A stretch of DNA of 64,000 nt from Leptospira sp. (GTDB lineage Bacteria; Spirochaetota; Leptospiria; Leptospirales; Leptospiraceae), in NCBI GenBank assembly GCA_034439575.1, contig JAWXAQ010000015.1, positions 176,705 through 240,704 of the forward strand. Reading direction: 5' to 3'. Under the pieces are notes generated by a model that searched no databases, was not told the origin of the DNA, and saw nothing but the letters and a program-made list of their open reading frames with translations. Below, in pieces: positions 1 to 9,504 of this stretch (position 1 is its first letter; the number at the start of each line of letters is the position of its first letter). Position numbers and translations under genes: made by a program.

Positions 1-1
1 T

Positions 2-229
2 TCCGTAGATTTCATTATCATCAGCGGAACCACTTCGACTCCACCAACCGAAAAAATATATGGGGAAATGATGGAAGGCGAATCTGCTGATGCCATTGTC
101 AACATTCGATATTATAATGAAAAAGCCGTTTTTGGACCTTTGATTCGACACAGATTCGGTATCAAGGGCGACCTAGTTCGTTTTACACAAACTCCAGCAA
201 CCACAACAACCAAAGGCAAAAGCAGGTAA
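2..229 (+). CDS. 3' part of a TRL-like/lipoprotein gene, truncated by the window edge
   Basis: Frame from base 2 reads SVDFIIISG...ADAIVNIRYYNEKAVFGPLIRHRFGIKGDLVRF...GKSR, with TAA at 227-229. It resembles the next ORF (LINIQI...ADVV). Confidence 0.6.
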   Translation, partial: SVDFIIISGTTSTPPTEKIYGEMMEGESADAIVNIRYYNEKAVFGPLIRHRFGIKGDLVRFTQTPATTTTKGKSR

Positions 230-236
230 ACGAGAG

Positions 237-635
237 ATGTTTTTCTTCAAACACCTAACTTTGATATGGATTGGATTAATAACATTCAATTGTATCGGAA
301 TGAAGTTACGCAGTGAATTGCATCTATTTGATTCTGCGACAATTGTTCAATCAGACAACTACGTAGTATTAGGGAAAGGTGTCGGACAAGATTCGGCTTT
401 TTTTCTTTTTGGGATGATCCCCGTTACAAAAGAGCCTAACGTAGAATTAGCGATGAGCCAAGCATTAGAAAAATTTCCTGATGGCCGGACATTGATTAAT
501 ATACAAATTGCCAGAGAAGATAGACCCTATTTTCCTCTCGGCCTTGTAACATCAGTTATTGTTTATGCCGATGTTGTAGGTGAACCAAAAATTCCTATTG
601 ATGAGATACCAACACAAAAGGGATCCAAAAAATGA
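237..635 (+). CDS. Putative lipoprotein (TRL-like family)
   Basis: Signal peptide with lipobox-like TFNC; tightly packed in the operon. Confidence 0.65.
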   Translation: MFFFKHLTLIWIGLITFNCIGMKLRSELHLFDSATIVQSDNYVVLGKGVGQDSAFFLFGMIPVTKEPNVELAMSQALEKFPDGRTLINIQIAREDRPYFPLGLVTSVIVYADVVGEPKIPIDEIPTQKGSKK

Positions 636-982
636 TCGGAAAGTTTTTGAAAATATTTCTTTTGATTACAATGATTGTTTTTTCTTCTTCATGTGCCCAA
701 GAAGAAGAAAGAGTTCCTGTTAGCGATGCTCAAAGTCAAATTTTAGCTTCTGCAAAATTTTCTGCAGATCGTTGCGGAACTCCTATACCAGAACCTCCTT
801 TAATCATTGTTAGTGATCCCATAAAACGGAATTTAGACCTCTGTACTATTTCCATCACTCGTACCGGTTGCCCATTTACAGCTTATCCATTACCCTGTCT
901 GTTAATTTACCTTCAAAAAGATCCAGGGAATATCCCATGGTATGTGAACTTCAATGAAATCAGCAAACAAACAATTAAGTAA
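632..982 (+). CDS. Cys-rich lipoprotein
   Basis: Lipobox SSSC, four further Cys, ATGA overlap with the previous gene. Confidence 0.7.
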   Translation: MIGKFLKIFLLITMIVFSSSCAQEEERVPVSDAQSQILASAKFSADRCGTPIPEPPLIIVSDPIKRNLDLCTISITRTGCPFTAYPLPCLLIYLQKDPGNIPWYVNFNEISKQTIK

Positions 983-3461
983 AGTTATACTAATCTTTTT
1001 AGTGAGTTTTTTATCCTCACCTTTATTCGCGGTTAGCGTCAAAGCGAAGCTATTTAATGCGAAAACAGAAAAGGGAGAGAAAAATTTATCAGTCATGGTG
1101 TTTGAAACAAAGAAATTTTTTCAAACTGATGACGAAGGAAATGTAAATTTAGAATTTCCAAGTCCAGGGGAATATACCTTACGATTACTGAAAGATACGG
1201 GTGCTGTTGATATAAAGTTAACAGTTTCTTCTGATGAACGTCGAACTATTTATACGGATAAAAAAGCTCCGCCAAAAGGTGGGATCACTGTCGAAGGAGA
1301 GCGAGAAAAAACAGTAGCTTCACGAACTAAGGTTCGTTATGACGAAATTAAACGAATGCCAGGAACTTTTGGAGAAGCCCTAAGAGCCCTGGAAACACTC
1401 CCAGGTGTGATACCAAATATCGGATTTGGTGGTGGTGCCAATGGAATCATAGTTCGGGGTGCAGATCCACAATCAAATACTTATTTATATGATGATTTAC
1501 CGATTCTCTATGCATACCATTTAGATGGATTAACATCTGTTATTCACAATGATCTAATCAAATCGATTGATTTATACCGTGGTGCCTTTCCAGCTAATTT
1601 TAACAATGCGACAGGTGGTGTGATTGAGATAGAAACTATCGATACGGTTCAAAAAACAAAAGGTGCTTTTCAAGTGTCTCTTTGGAATACTACTGCTTAT
1701 ACGGCAACCCCATTCGCCAACGGTAAGGGGTATGTGGCTGTAGGTGGAAAATATGGTTACTTAGATAGAACCTTAGGCCAATCAGGCTTACTTCCCGAAG
1801 GAATTCGTCTCCCTAGATATAATGACTCACAAGTAAAATTTGTATATAATTTTACTCAAGAACACCAAATATCATTCTATAACCTAACAGCTCAAGATAA
1901 CTTTGCAATTAATGTTCCTAATAAACCCGAAAATGATCCTACAAAAGATAGTTTAGGAACTTTCTCGGCCGCTCGTGCCAATTTTGGTCAAAGTTTTAGA
2001 ACTACCGCTCTTCGATATTCTTGGATACCGAGTGAAAAATTTCAGAACAGACTTACTCTGATTAACTATGATCCTATCCAAGAGTACAATGTCGGAATCG
2101 GATCAATTGTTGGAAAAGCATTTACAAGATCGGCTTATTTAGGACTTAGACAAGATGCTACTTGGACAGTAAACACTATGTTTAAAATTGATTTTGGATC
2201 GGAATATAGAAAACTCGCATTCAGAAGTTATGGTGATGAGGTCAAACTTCGAGATCCGACAAATCCTTCGCCAAATCCGTACAATACGACAAATCCAGAT
2301 TTTTTCACACAGCCAGCAAGATCTGTCGGTTCCTCAGCATATTACAATGCTTATACGACAGTTCATGTTAAAATGGGTAATTTCGCGTTCGAACCAGGGG
2401 TTCGTTATGATCACTTAGAAGCTACAAAAAATGGAGCTCTAGGACCGAGAGCCACTATTTCCTATACTTTCCCCGAAGTGGGCAAAGGACTTACAATTTT
2501 TGGAAGTGGTGGAGATTTAGCAAGATTTCCACAAACCACAGTATTTAATCCAGACTCAGGTAATCCTGATTTAAAATTTGAAAAAGTCCGCAAAACGGGC
2601 GTTGGTTTAGATCAGAAAATTACAAATACTTACGATGTTAAATTTGAAGTCTTTAAAAATGAGTTCAAAGATACAATCGTTAGTGATCCATACGCATCCA
2701 TACCAATTGGCCTAAACCCAGATAAAAACCAATGGCTTTCACAACCTCTTGTTTCAAATCGTCCTCTCAATTATTCAAATAAAGGAAATGGTTGGTCACA
2801 TGGTTATGAAGTGATGGTGAGAAAAAATTCTAAACCAGGCGCTAGAGATTGGTTTGGTTGGTTATCATATACTTGGTCACAATCATTTTCAAACACAAAT
2901 ATTTATAAAATTTATGATGGTGATACTTTTCAATATTCTTCTGTAGAGCGTAAAGTTTTAGCCGAATATGCTAACAATTCTAAGGAACAACTCGCGACCT
3001 GGGATAGAACGCATGTTATCAATGCTGTCTATGGTTGGAGAATGACGGAGGAATACCAGTTAGGTGGAAGATGGAGTTATTTGACATCTACACCTTACCG
3101 ACCTATCACTGGTGACGATGGTGGAAAATTCACAAATCCTGCAAATGGCATTACATATTGGAATGATACATATTCAAACAACCCTTATACGGCAGAATAT
3201 GGCAATGTGAAACGTGGAGCCGATTACCATCGATTAGATATAAGGCTAGATATTTTCGAAAACTATTCTTGGGGATATTTGAATTGGTATCTTGAAATAG
3301 TGAATGTTTATTTGAGAAAAAATACAAATGGACAAAGTTATGATAACTCGAGACCTTTTTCAGCGACCAACCCAACGCCAGCTCAAACATTTGGAACATT
3401 AGAACTTCCAAATCGAACAATCATACCATTTTTTAACATAGGAATGGAGGCACATTTCTAA
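954..3461 (+). CDS. TonB-dependent outer-membrane receptor
   Basis: Plug motifs (LETLPGV, IIVRG, IKSIDLYRG..ATGGVIEI), NPDLKFE, C-terminal Phe; upstream of exbBD-tonB. Confidence 0.92.
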   Translation: MKSANKQLSKVILIFLVSFLSSPLFAVSVKAKLFNAKTEKGEKNLSVMVFETKKFFQTDDEGNVNLEFPSPGEYTLRLLKDTGAVDIKLTVSSDERRTIYTDKKAPPKGGITVEGEREKTVASRTKVRYDEIKRMPGTFGEALRALETLPGVIPNIGFGGGANGIIVRGADPQSNTYLYDDLPILYAYHLDGLTSVIHNDLIKSIDLYRGAFPANFNNATGGVIEIETIDTVQKTKGAFQVSLWNTTAYTATPFANGKGYVAVGGKYGYLDRTLGQSGLLPEGIRLPRYNDSQVKFVYNFTQEHQISFYNLTAQDNFAINVPNKPENDPTKDSLGTFSAARANFGQSFRTTALRYSWIPSEKFQNRLTLINYDPIQEYNVGIGSIVGKAFTRSAYLGLRQDATWTVNTMFKIDFGSEYRKLAFRSYGDEVKLRDPTNPSPNPYNTTNPDFFTQPARSVGSSAYYNAYTTVHVKMGNFAFEPGVRYDHLEATKNGALGPRATISYTFPEVGKGLTIFGSGGDLARFPQTTVFNPDSGNPDLKFEKVRKTGVGLDQKITNTYDVKFEVFKNEFKDTIVSDPYASIPIGLNPDKNQWLSQPLVSNRPLNYSNKGNGWSHGYEVMVRKNSKPGARDWFGWLSYTWSQSFSNTNIYKIYDGDTFQYSSVERKVLAEYANNSKEQLATWDRTHVINAVYGWRMTEEYQLGGRWSYLTSTPYRPITGDDGGKFTNPANGITYWNDTYSNNPYTAEYGNVKRGADYHRLDIRLDIFENYSWGYLNWYLEIVNVYLRKNTNGQSYDNSRPFSATNPTPAQTFGTLELPNRTIIPFFNIGMEAHF

Positions 3462-3979
3462 TGAAAGTTAGCTTATCTATTTTATTATTTATTTTTGCTT
3501 TTTCTTGCCTGATTCAATGTAAAGCGAAAGAGAGCTCTTACCAAGAAGATTACAACAATATAATTTTGTTACAATTGGCGACGGCACCTAACAATCCGAC
3601 TCCAGTTTGTGTTAATTTATTAAAAAAACAAACAGAATGCCTAACAGCTCGTGCAACTTCACTTGGCATCATCACACCTCTTAGTTCTGATGAAACGTAT
3701 TCAAATCAGTGTACGACTTTACTTCAATCGAATCAATTCAACACGATGTCGCCAATATCTCAGACTTGCGTTTTAACATGCCAAGAAACAGATTGGAAAA
3801 CAAAGGTATCGTCGGGCGAATGTACGACTTCAACTCCAAGTAGTTTGATTGCTTCTAGTAGCTCAAATATAACAGTTAGGAATTGTATACGTTCTTGTTT
3901 TCAAACTACGAATGGTGTCGTTTCAGATTCTGATATTTCGAAATTATTGATTTTTAATTTTATACAAAACGGAGATTAA
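3461..3979 (+). CDS. Cys-rich lipoprotein
   Basis: Lipobox LIQC, eight further Cys, TAATG coupling to the receptor gene. Confidence 0.7.
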   Translation: MKVSLSILLFIFAFSCLIQCKAKESSYQEDYNNIILLQLATAPNNPTPVCVNLLKKQTECLTARATSLGIITPLSSDETYSNQCTTLLQSNQFNTMSPISQTCVLTCQETDWKTKVSSGECTTSTPSSLIASSSSNITVRNCIRSCFQTTNGVVSDSDISKLLIFNFIQNGD

Positions 3980-3980
3980 C

Positions 3981-4595
3981 ATGCAGGAATTTGTTGAAAT
4001 CGGAGAAAACTTAGTCTTCTTGGCTATGACCATTGCGAGTGTTGTCGCATTTGCTGTCTTTCTAGAAAGACTACTTTATTTTCGTAAAACTATGGGAAAA
4101 GTAAACGAAACTTTCCTAACAGAAGTTAGAAGCTCTCTACACGAAAAACCTGAAATCTCTTGGGAAGCACCTTTGACACATACTTCCTCCTATTGGAGAT
4201 TCGTACACTTTGCCTTAAGACAAATTGGCCTAGGCAGAAAAGGTCTAGATGAAAGTCTTGAAGGACAAATACTTTCTGAAAAACTGGAACTAGAAAAAAG
4301 ATTACCGATTCTCAATACTCTAGGAAACAATGCACCGTTTATTGGACTTCTGGGCACTGTTCTTGGTGTTATCAAAGCTTTTTATGGTTTGGGGACACTC
4401 GGAGCTTCTGGCGCCGATGTTGTTATGCGATCTATTTCTACTGCACTTCTTGCGACAGCTGCTGGCCTAGGTGTTGCTATTCCCGTTGTTATGGCGAATA
4501 ACTATTTTTCCCGCAAAGCTAAAGTAATACTTCAAAACTTGGAAATTTTAAAGAAGGAATTTATCTCGTTTCAAATGAATAAAACGAAGGTATAA
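3981..4595 (+). CDS. exbB: MotA/TolQ/ExbB proton channel protein
   Basis: APFIGLLGTVLG and ALLATAAGLGVAIP motifs. Confidence 0.92.
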   Translation: MQEFVEIGENLVFLAMTIASVVAFAVFLERLLYFRKTMGKVNETFLTEVRSSLHEKPEISWEAPLTHTSSYWRFVHFALRQIGLGRKGLDESLEGQILSEKLELEKRLPILNTLGNNAPFIGLLGTVLGVIKAFYGLGTLGASGADVVMRSISTALLATAAGLGVAIPVVMANNYFSRKAKVILQNLEILKKEFISFQMNKTKV

Positions 4596-4597
4596 TC

Positions 4598-4996
4598 ATG
4601 GCACAGTCAAGTTCACAAGACGAAGAAATTGGAAGCATTAACATCACACCTATGGTGGATGTGATATTAGTACTTCTTGTTATCTTTATGGTAACAGCAA
4701 ACTTTCTTAAAAAAGAAAGTATTAACATTAATTTGCCGAAGGTTCAAGCAGCGGATCCTAATGTTGCAGAATCCATCCAAGTAGCTATGACCAAAACTGG
4801 TGGTATTTTGCTAGAAGGAAAAGATATACAAATCCCTGCTCTAGTAAAAGATCTTGAACGTAAATCAAAAATTAAACCTAACATGCGTTTGACTTTATCG
4901 GCTGATGAATCCTTACCTTATGGTAAAATTACTGAACTTATGGGATTGATTCGTAAAGCTGGAGTTACAAAAATCGCACTCAGTGTAAAAAAATGA
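4598..4996 (+). CDS. exbD: ExbD/TolR biopolymer transport protein
   Basis: INITPMVDVILVLLVIFMV motif. Confidence 0.93.
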   Translation: MAQSSSQDEEIGSINITPMVDVILVLLVIFMVTANFLKKESININLPKVQAADPNVAESIQVAMTKTGGILLEGKDIQIPALVKDLERKSKIKPNMRLTLSADESLPYGKITELMGLIRKAGVTKIALSVKK

Positions 4997-5649
4997 AAAA
5001 AGTAAAAAAATATTTAGCTAAGGTTACTCATTCAGTTAGGCAGAACAAGGAACGTCTATTCCATATCTGTTTGATTTTAAGCTTTATATTACATACTGGT
5101 TCTTATGCGGCTTATAAAATTAGTCAAATGCGAACAGACGAAGAGGTCACAGAATCATCTGAATTCGAAGATGTAGATCTTAATTTTGATGACATACCAC
5201 CTGAACTTATTGGAGGAACTTCTTCACCGGCACCTGTCGAAAAAAGTGAATGGGTTGAAGGAAGTAACAAAGATAAAGAAGATGAGCCTGATAATTCCGA
5301 TCTAAATCCGAATCAATTATCAGGCAATGGAACTGATAAAGATGGATTTCTATTTTCATATAACGGTGATAAGCCTCCGACTCCGATAGTCGATTTTGAT
5401 TTAAAAGATTATTTTCCACCGCAAGCAAGAGCCGCAAATATTTCAGAAAAAACTGTCATACTTTTAGTACAAGTAAACGAAGATGGAACTTTGGAATCTG
5501 CTAAAATTGTAAGCGGAAAAGCTGGATACGGTTTTGATGAAGCAGCAATGAAGATTGCTAGCCGATTGCGTTTTAGCCCTGGTTATGTGCAAGGCCAACC
5601 GAGGAAAATGGCCCATCGAATGCCTATCAATTTTAACTTAGAGGATTAA
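4993..5649 (+). CDS. tonB: Energy transducer TonB
   Basis: N-terminal TM helix with SxxxH, acidic/Pro linker, TonB_C domain (FPPQA...GFDEAA..RFSPG). Confidence 0.88.
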   Translation: MKKVKKYLAKVTHSVRQNKERLFHICLILSFILHTGSYAAYKISQMRTDEEVTESSEFEDVDLNFDDIPPELIGGTSSPAPVEKSEWVEGSNKDKEDEPDNSDLNPNQLSGNGTDKDGFLFSYNGDKPPTPIVDFDLKDYFPPQARAANISEKTVILLVQVNEDGTLESAKIVSGKAGYGFDEAAMKIASRLRFSPGYVQGQPRKMAHRMPINFNLED

Positions 5650-5651
5650 TT

Positions 5652-7574
5652 TTGAATCGGTTTTTGTGGGAAAGGCTCGAGTCCTTTTTAACTAAACCGA
5701 TTTTGGTCATCAGTTTATTTTCTTTAACTATCATCTCTCTATTACATTTTCTAATTCTTTCTCCCATACTTTCTAACCAATCTATCTTTAATTCCTCCGG
5801 AAATACTAAAACTTTTTCATCCGATTCATATTATTTGTTAGGTGACTTACCAAAAATGCCAGATGGGAAATATAATTTCAAATCAACAAATGATATACTT
5901 TGGCCAAAATTTGATGTATATGTGGACACGGATTCTTTAGTAAGACTCGCCGCTTCTGAAATTGTATGGATTCGAGTAGATGGTATTGAACTAGAGGGTT
6001 TAGAAGAAAGATATTGTATGATTGATCACAATGGTACTTTCTTTCAAGTATACAATGATTCAGGAGATTTGTTATTTCAGTATGGAGATCCGAATGAAAA
6101 AGACAATCTTCCGAAATTTTTTGACAATGATTTTTCTTGGGTAAATCTTGGTAGTAAACCATCTAAGTTTTATTATGTGAAAAATACACATAGAAAGGAT
6201 CAGTTATTCGGTGTTCAACCCGTACAAAATCGAATTGGTTCCAAACACGAAATATTAACAAAATTTGCTAAATCAAATTTACTTTCCTTATATCTTCATT
6301 CGTTCTTTGTCATAATTGGACTCATCTGTTCATTAGTATATTTCACTCAGTATGAAAAAAAGTATTATACTCTTTTGGATTTTTCGGTATTCACATTCTT
6401 AATTGGTATATTAGGATTCACAAGTAGTGATTTTCTTAGGTTTCTTTCAAACGATAGACATACTTTATATTTAATTTCTACTATTTGCGCTAACATAGTT
6501 TATATACCGATGCATTCTGGTCTAAAAAGACTATTTGGGCCTGGAAAATGGAATATTTTGACAATATTGATATTTTCTAATATTATAATAGGCATATTTA
6601 ACACTATTCTTGGTTTTAATTTAAATGACAATCCTGATATGATGGTTATTTTTCTAAGATTGCGATTCTTTTATTTGATATTCGCAATTATGAATTTTTT
6701 AGGGCCAATCATTGTAGCCTATTATGCTTGGAAACGAGGGATTGAGATTGCACTCGGGCATGTGATAGGTTTCTCATTCACGCTTGTGCTAGTTTCCATT
6801 GAAATATATTTGTCAATCCAGGACCAAACTTCCCTTACTCATGTAGCATACTGGGGAGTGTTATTTGGTGTTTTTGCACAAGGTTTGGCACTAGAAAAAA
6901 TATTCTTTTCAAATAGACAAAGGATGCAACAGTTTGAGGCATCACTTATAATTGCCGAAAAGTCATTACAGGAAGTTCAATTAAAAACTCTACAAACCAA
7001 ACTTAGTCCCCATTACTTATTTAATTCGCTTAACACTATTCATGCGCTTCATCAAACAAAAGCAGAGCATGTTGGCGATGCTATACTCAGGTTAGCTAAC
7101 AATTATAGATTTTTATCGGATAAAGCTGATCTCCCTCTTATCCCATTTAATGAAGAATGGTCTTTTATCGAAGACTTTCTACATTTACAAAAATTAAGAT
7201 TTTATGATACTGTAAAGATTCATTTAACAAAAGAAGGTGATTTCAATAATGTATTGATCCCACCTTTAACACTTCAACCGATAGTTGAAAATTCCTTTAA
7301 ACATGGATTTCGATATTCTAGTTCCACAAATTGGATGATAGATATTACTGCGAAAATTGATAACAAAGGAAACTTACATTTAAAAATTGCCGATACTGGT
7401 GCTGGTATAGACGACACGATTCCTTTGGATGATGAAAAAATTTGGAGTCGGTCACTTGGAAATATCAAAACAAGATTATTGCATCATTATAGTTATGCGA
7501 ATATAAAAATTACAAAAAATAACCCTTCCGGTCTGGTGACTACAATACTAATCGAAAAACCTAATTCTTTATAA
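5652..7574 (+). CDS. Membrane sensor histidine kinase, LytS/YehU type, with 7TM region
   Basis: H-box PHYLFNSLNTI, LQPIVENSFKHG, DTGAG; multiple TM helices; TTG start. Confidence 0.85.
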   Translation: MNRFLWERLESFLTKPILVISLFSLTIISLLHFLILSPILSNQSIFNSSGNTKTFSSDSYYLLGDLPKMPDGKYNFKSTNDILWPKFDVYVDTDSLVRLAASEIVWIRVDGIELEGLEERYCMIDHNGTFFQVYNDSGDLLFQYGDPNEKDNLPKFFDNDFSWVNLGSKPSKFYYVKNTHRKDQLFGVQPVQNRIGSKHEILTKFAKSNLLSLYLHSFFVIIGLICSLVYFTQYEKKYYTLLDFSVFTFLIGILGFTSSDFLRFLSNDRHTLYLISTICANIVYIPMHSGLKRLFGPGKWNILTILIFSNIIIGIFNTILGFNLNDNPDMMVIFLRLRFFYLIFAIMNFLGPIIVAYYAWKRGIEIALGHVIGFSFTLVLVSIEIYLSIQDQTSLTHVAYWGVLFGVFAQGLALEKIFFSNRQRMQQFEASLIIAEKSLQEVQLKTLQTKLSPHYLFNSLNTIHALHQTKAEHVGDAILRLANNYRFLSDKADLPLIPFNEEWSFIEDFLHLQKLRFYDTVKIHLTKEGDFNNVLIPPLTLQPIVENSFKHGFRYSSSTNWMIDITAKIDNKGNLHLKIADTGAGIDDTIPLDDEKIWSRSLGNIKTRLLHHYSYANIKITKNNPSGLVTTILIEKPNSL

Positions 7575-8145
7575 TAATTTTACGTAATTGCTCAGAAATG
7601 ACATTGGCAGAAGTCCCACCAGGTAAGGCAGCGATTTGATTTATATTTTCATCCAAGATATAGATAAAATTTGAATGCTCAACTGTGTAAGAGTTTCCAA
7701 AATTAACTTTCTTATTGATTAATCCAAATATTTCACCTAACCTTAATATGCTTTCGTTTGTTGGTGATAGGGCTACCAGTTTGCCTCCGGGAAATTGTTT
7801 TGAATAATTCTCTAATAATGTAGGATTATCTCTTTCTGTATCCAAAGTCACAAATACAAATCGCACCTGATTCCCAAGTGGGCCAAGGATCAACGAGGCT
7901 CGACCAAAATTTGTCAAAGCTAAAGGACACATATCTGGACAATGGGAAAAGCCAAAATATAACACGGTGTAACCTTTGTTCCAAAATTCGGGCGATAGCA
8001 AATTTCCATTCGGTAAGGTAAATTTCAGATGTGAAATCTCTGATTTATCCCTTGAGGCATCACCCAAATAATGACAATTCATCGTAAAACACATAAGAGA
8101 TAGAGCTAGGTGAAGATAAAATAATCTCATACTGCCACTATCCAA
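7561..8145 (-). CDS. SCO1/SenC family copper chaperone
   Basis: FGFSHCPDMCP (CxxxC) and YTVEHS. Confidence 0.92.
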   Translation of the reverse strand: MDSGSMRLFYLHLALSLMCFTMNCHYLGDASRDKSEISHLKFTLPNGNLLSPEFWNKGYTVLYFGFSHCPDMCPLALTNFGRASLILGPLGNQVRFVFVTLDTERDNPTLLENYSKQFPGGKLVALSPTNESILRLGEIFGLINKKVNFGNSYTVEHSNFIYILDENINQIAALPGGTSANVISEQLRKIIIKN

Positions 8146-9167
8146 CCCATGGCACCATTCTCTGCCATATGTGTTTGGTGGGGATGAAACATATAACGAC
8201 CTTTCTTTGGTAAAGTAAATTCTATGATCGCTCTTTCTGTTGGTCCGAGTGATACGACATCCGAATGCCCATCAGGTTTAGTACTTCCTAAATTTCTAAT
8301 GATATCAAATGTTTGGGCATGTAAGTGAAATGTCAAAATAGGATCTCTTTCTAATAAATTCTGAATATAAAAACGAACTTTTGAACCGACGGGAACTTTC
8401 ATCGGATAACGATCATATAAACCTGAAACTCCATTCCAAGTATAAAAATCATTTACCCCTCTGTTTTTTGTGTCCCAGCCAGAAAATGTTAATACAAATT
8501 CATGTGCAGGTGTCCTTGGAATCAATGGATCTACAATCAAAGTACCAAACAATCCTTTAGCTGTATGAAGTGTTAGCGGGGGTACATGACAATGGTATGG
8601 ATGAATTCCAACTGGCCCCGCTGTAATTTTATAAATTTTTTCACCAAAGGCTGGGATAGGTTCCCAACCATCCTCATTGGGATCATGTGATCCATGAAAA
8701 TGTATAGAATGAGGATCAGGGCTAGAATTTTGAACTTTAATATTTAAAACATCGTTTAATCGAACTCTAATAATGGGACCAGGAACTAGTCCATCAAAAG
8801 TCCAAGCAGGATAACTTACGCTATGTGCTATATCCACATTTAAAGGAAATACTTTTAAATCAAAATTTTTTACTTTCTTCGAATCCGGACTGTAGTTTGG
8901 AGGAAAATAAAACCTTTCCGCATATTCACTTGTTATATGAAAGGGAGGATGTGCCATGCTCCCATATTGGTTAGTGGCTCTTAAACTTCCATTCGCACCA
9001 AGGCTACCCGAATAAAGATCTACTGTCGTATTTGGATTTGGAACAGAAGAGCTACAAACATCATTAGATCCATACACGGTATTTGTTGTTTTATAGGAGC
9101 CGAATAATGCCCCAAAAAAACCAGTAGCTCCAAAACCTAATGTTGTAAGAAAACTCTTCCTATCCAT
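8127..9167 (-). CDS. Two-domain multicopper oxidase (small laccase-like), probably Tat-exported
   Basis: HSIHFHG, YHCH..H...L, FHLHA, FHPH motifs; N-terminal DRKSFL. Confidence 0.88.
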   Translation of the reverse strand: MDRKSFLTTLGFGATGFFGALFGSYKTTNTVYGSNDVCSSSVPNPNTTVDLYSGSLGANGSLRATNQYGSMAHPPFHITSEYAERFYFPPNYSPDSKKVKNFDLKVFPLNVDIAHSVSYPAWTFDGLVPGPIIRVRLNDVLNIKVQNSSPDPHSIHFHGSHDPNEDGWEPIPAFGEKIYKITAGPVGIHPYHCHVPPLTLHTAKGLFGTLIVDPLIPRTPAHEFVLTFSGWDTKNRGVNDFYTWNGVSGLYDRYPMKVPVGSKVRFYIQNLLERDPILTFHLHAQTFDIIRNLGSTKPDGHSDVVSLGPTERAIIEFTLPKKGRYMFHPHQTHMAENGAMGWIVAV

Positions 9168-9170
9168 GGA

Positions 9171-9485
9171 TTAAATCTGACTGATTAAACTCAATATCCA
9201 AACTACAACCAACACACCAAATCCACCAAGCACGGCAGTATATCTGAATTTTTTATTCAAATGGGATTGATTTGAAAGTAGAAAAATACCACCACCAAAC
9301 ATCGGTACGAGTAAGATCACAAAAGACCAGATGGTAGATGTTAAAGTTGATGTTTCCTTTTGTTGCGACAAATCATAAAGCGCTATAGGCGCCCAAACAG
9401 TAGTTAAAACGAAAGGCAAGTAATATGCGTAAGAACCTAAAAAGTAAGTCCAAGCGCTGGCATTTGATAACATTGTTGATTCCAT
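9171..9485 (-). CDS. Small membrane protein with PLDc_N-like domain
   Basis: ALYDL...IWSFVILLVPMFGG pattern, three TM helices. Confidence 0.7.
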   Translation of the reverse strand: MESTMLSNASAWTYFLGSYAYYLPFVLTTVWAPIALYDLSQQKETSTLTSTIWSFVILLVPMFGGGIFLLSNQSHLNKKFRYTAVLGGFGVLVVVWILSLISQI

Positions 9486-9504
9486 AAAATTCTCCTTTTT
9501 TCCA

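Noticed and set aside
8127-9167. Copper nitrite reductase NirK
   Set aside because: It has HxH motifs at all four positions (HFH, HCH, HLH, HPH), as in laccase-type trinuclear sites, rather than the NirK HNIDFH pattern with its catalytic Asp
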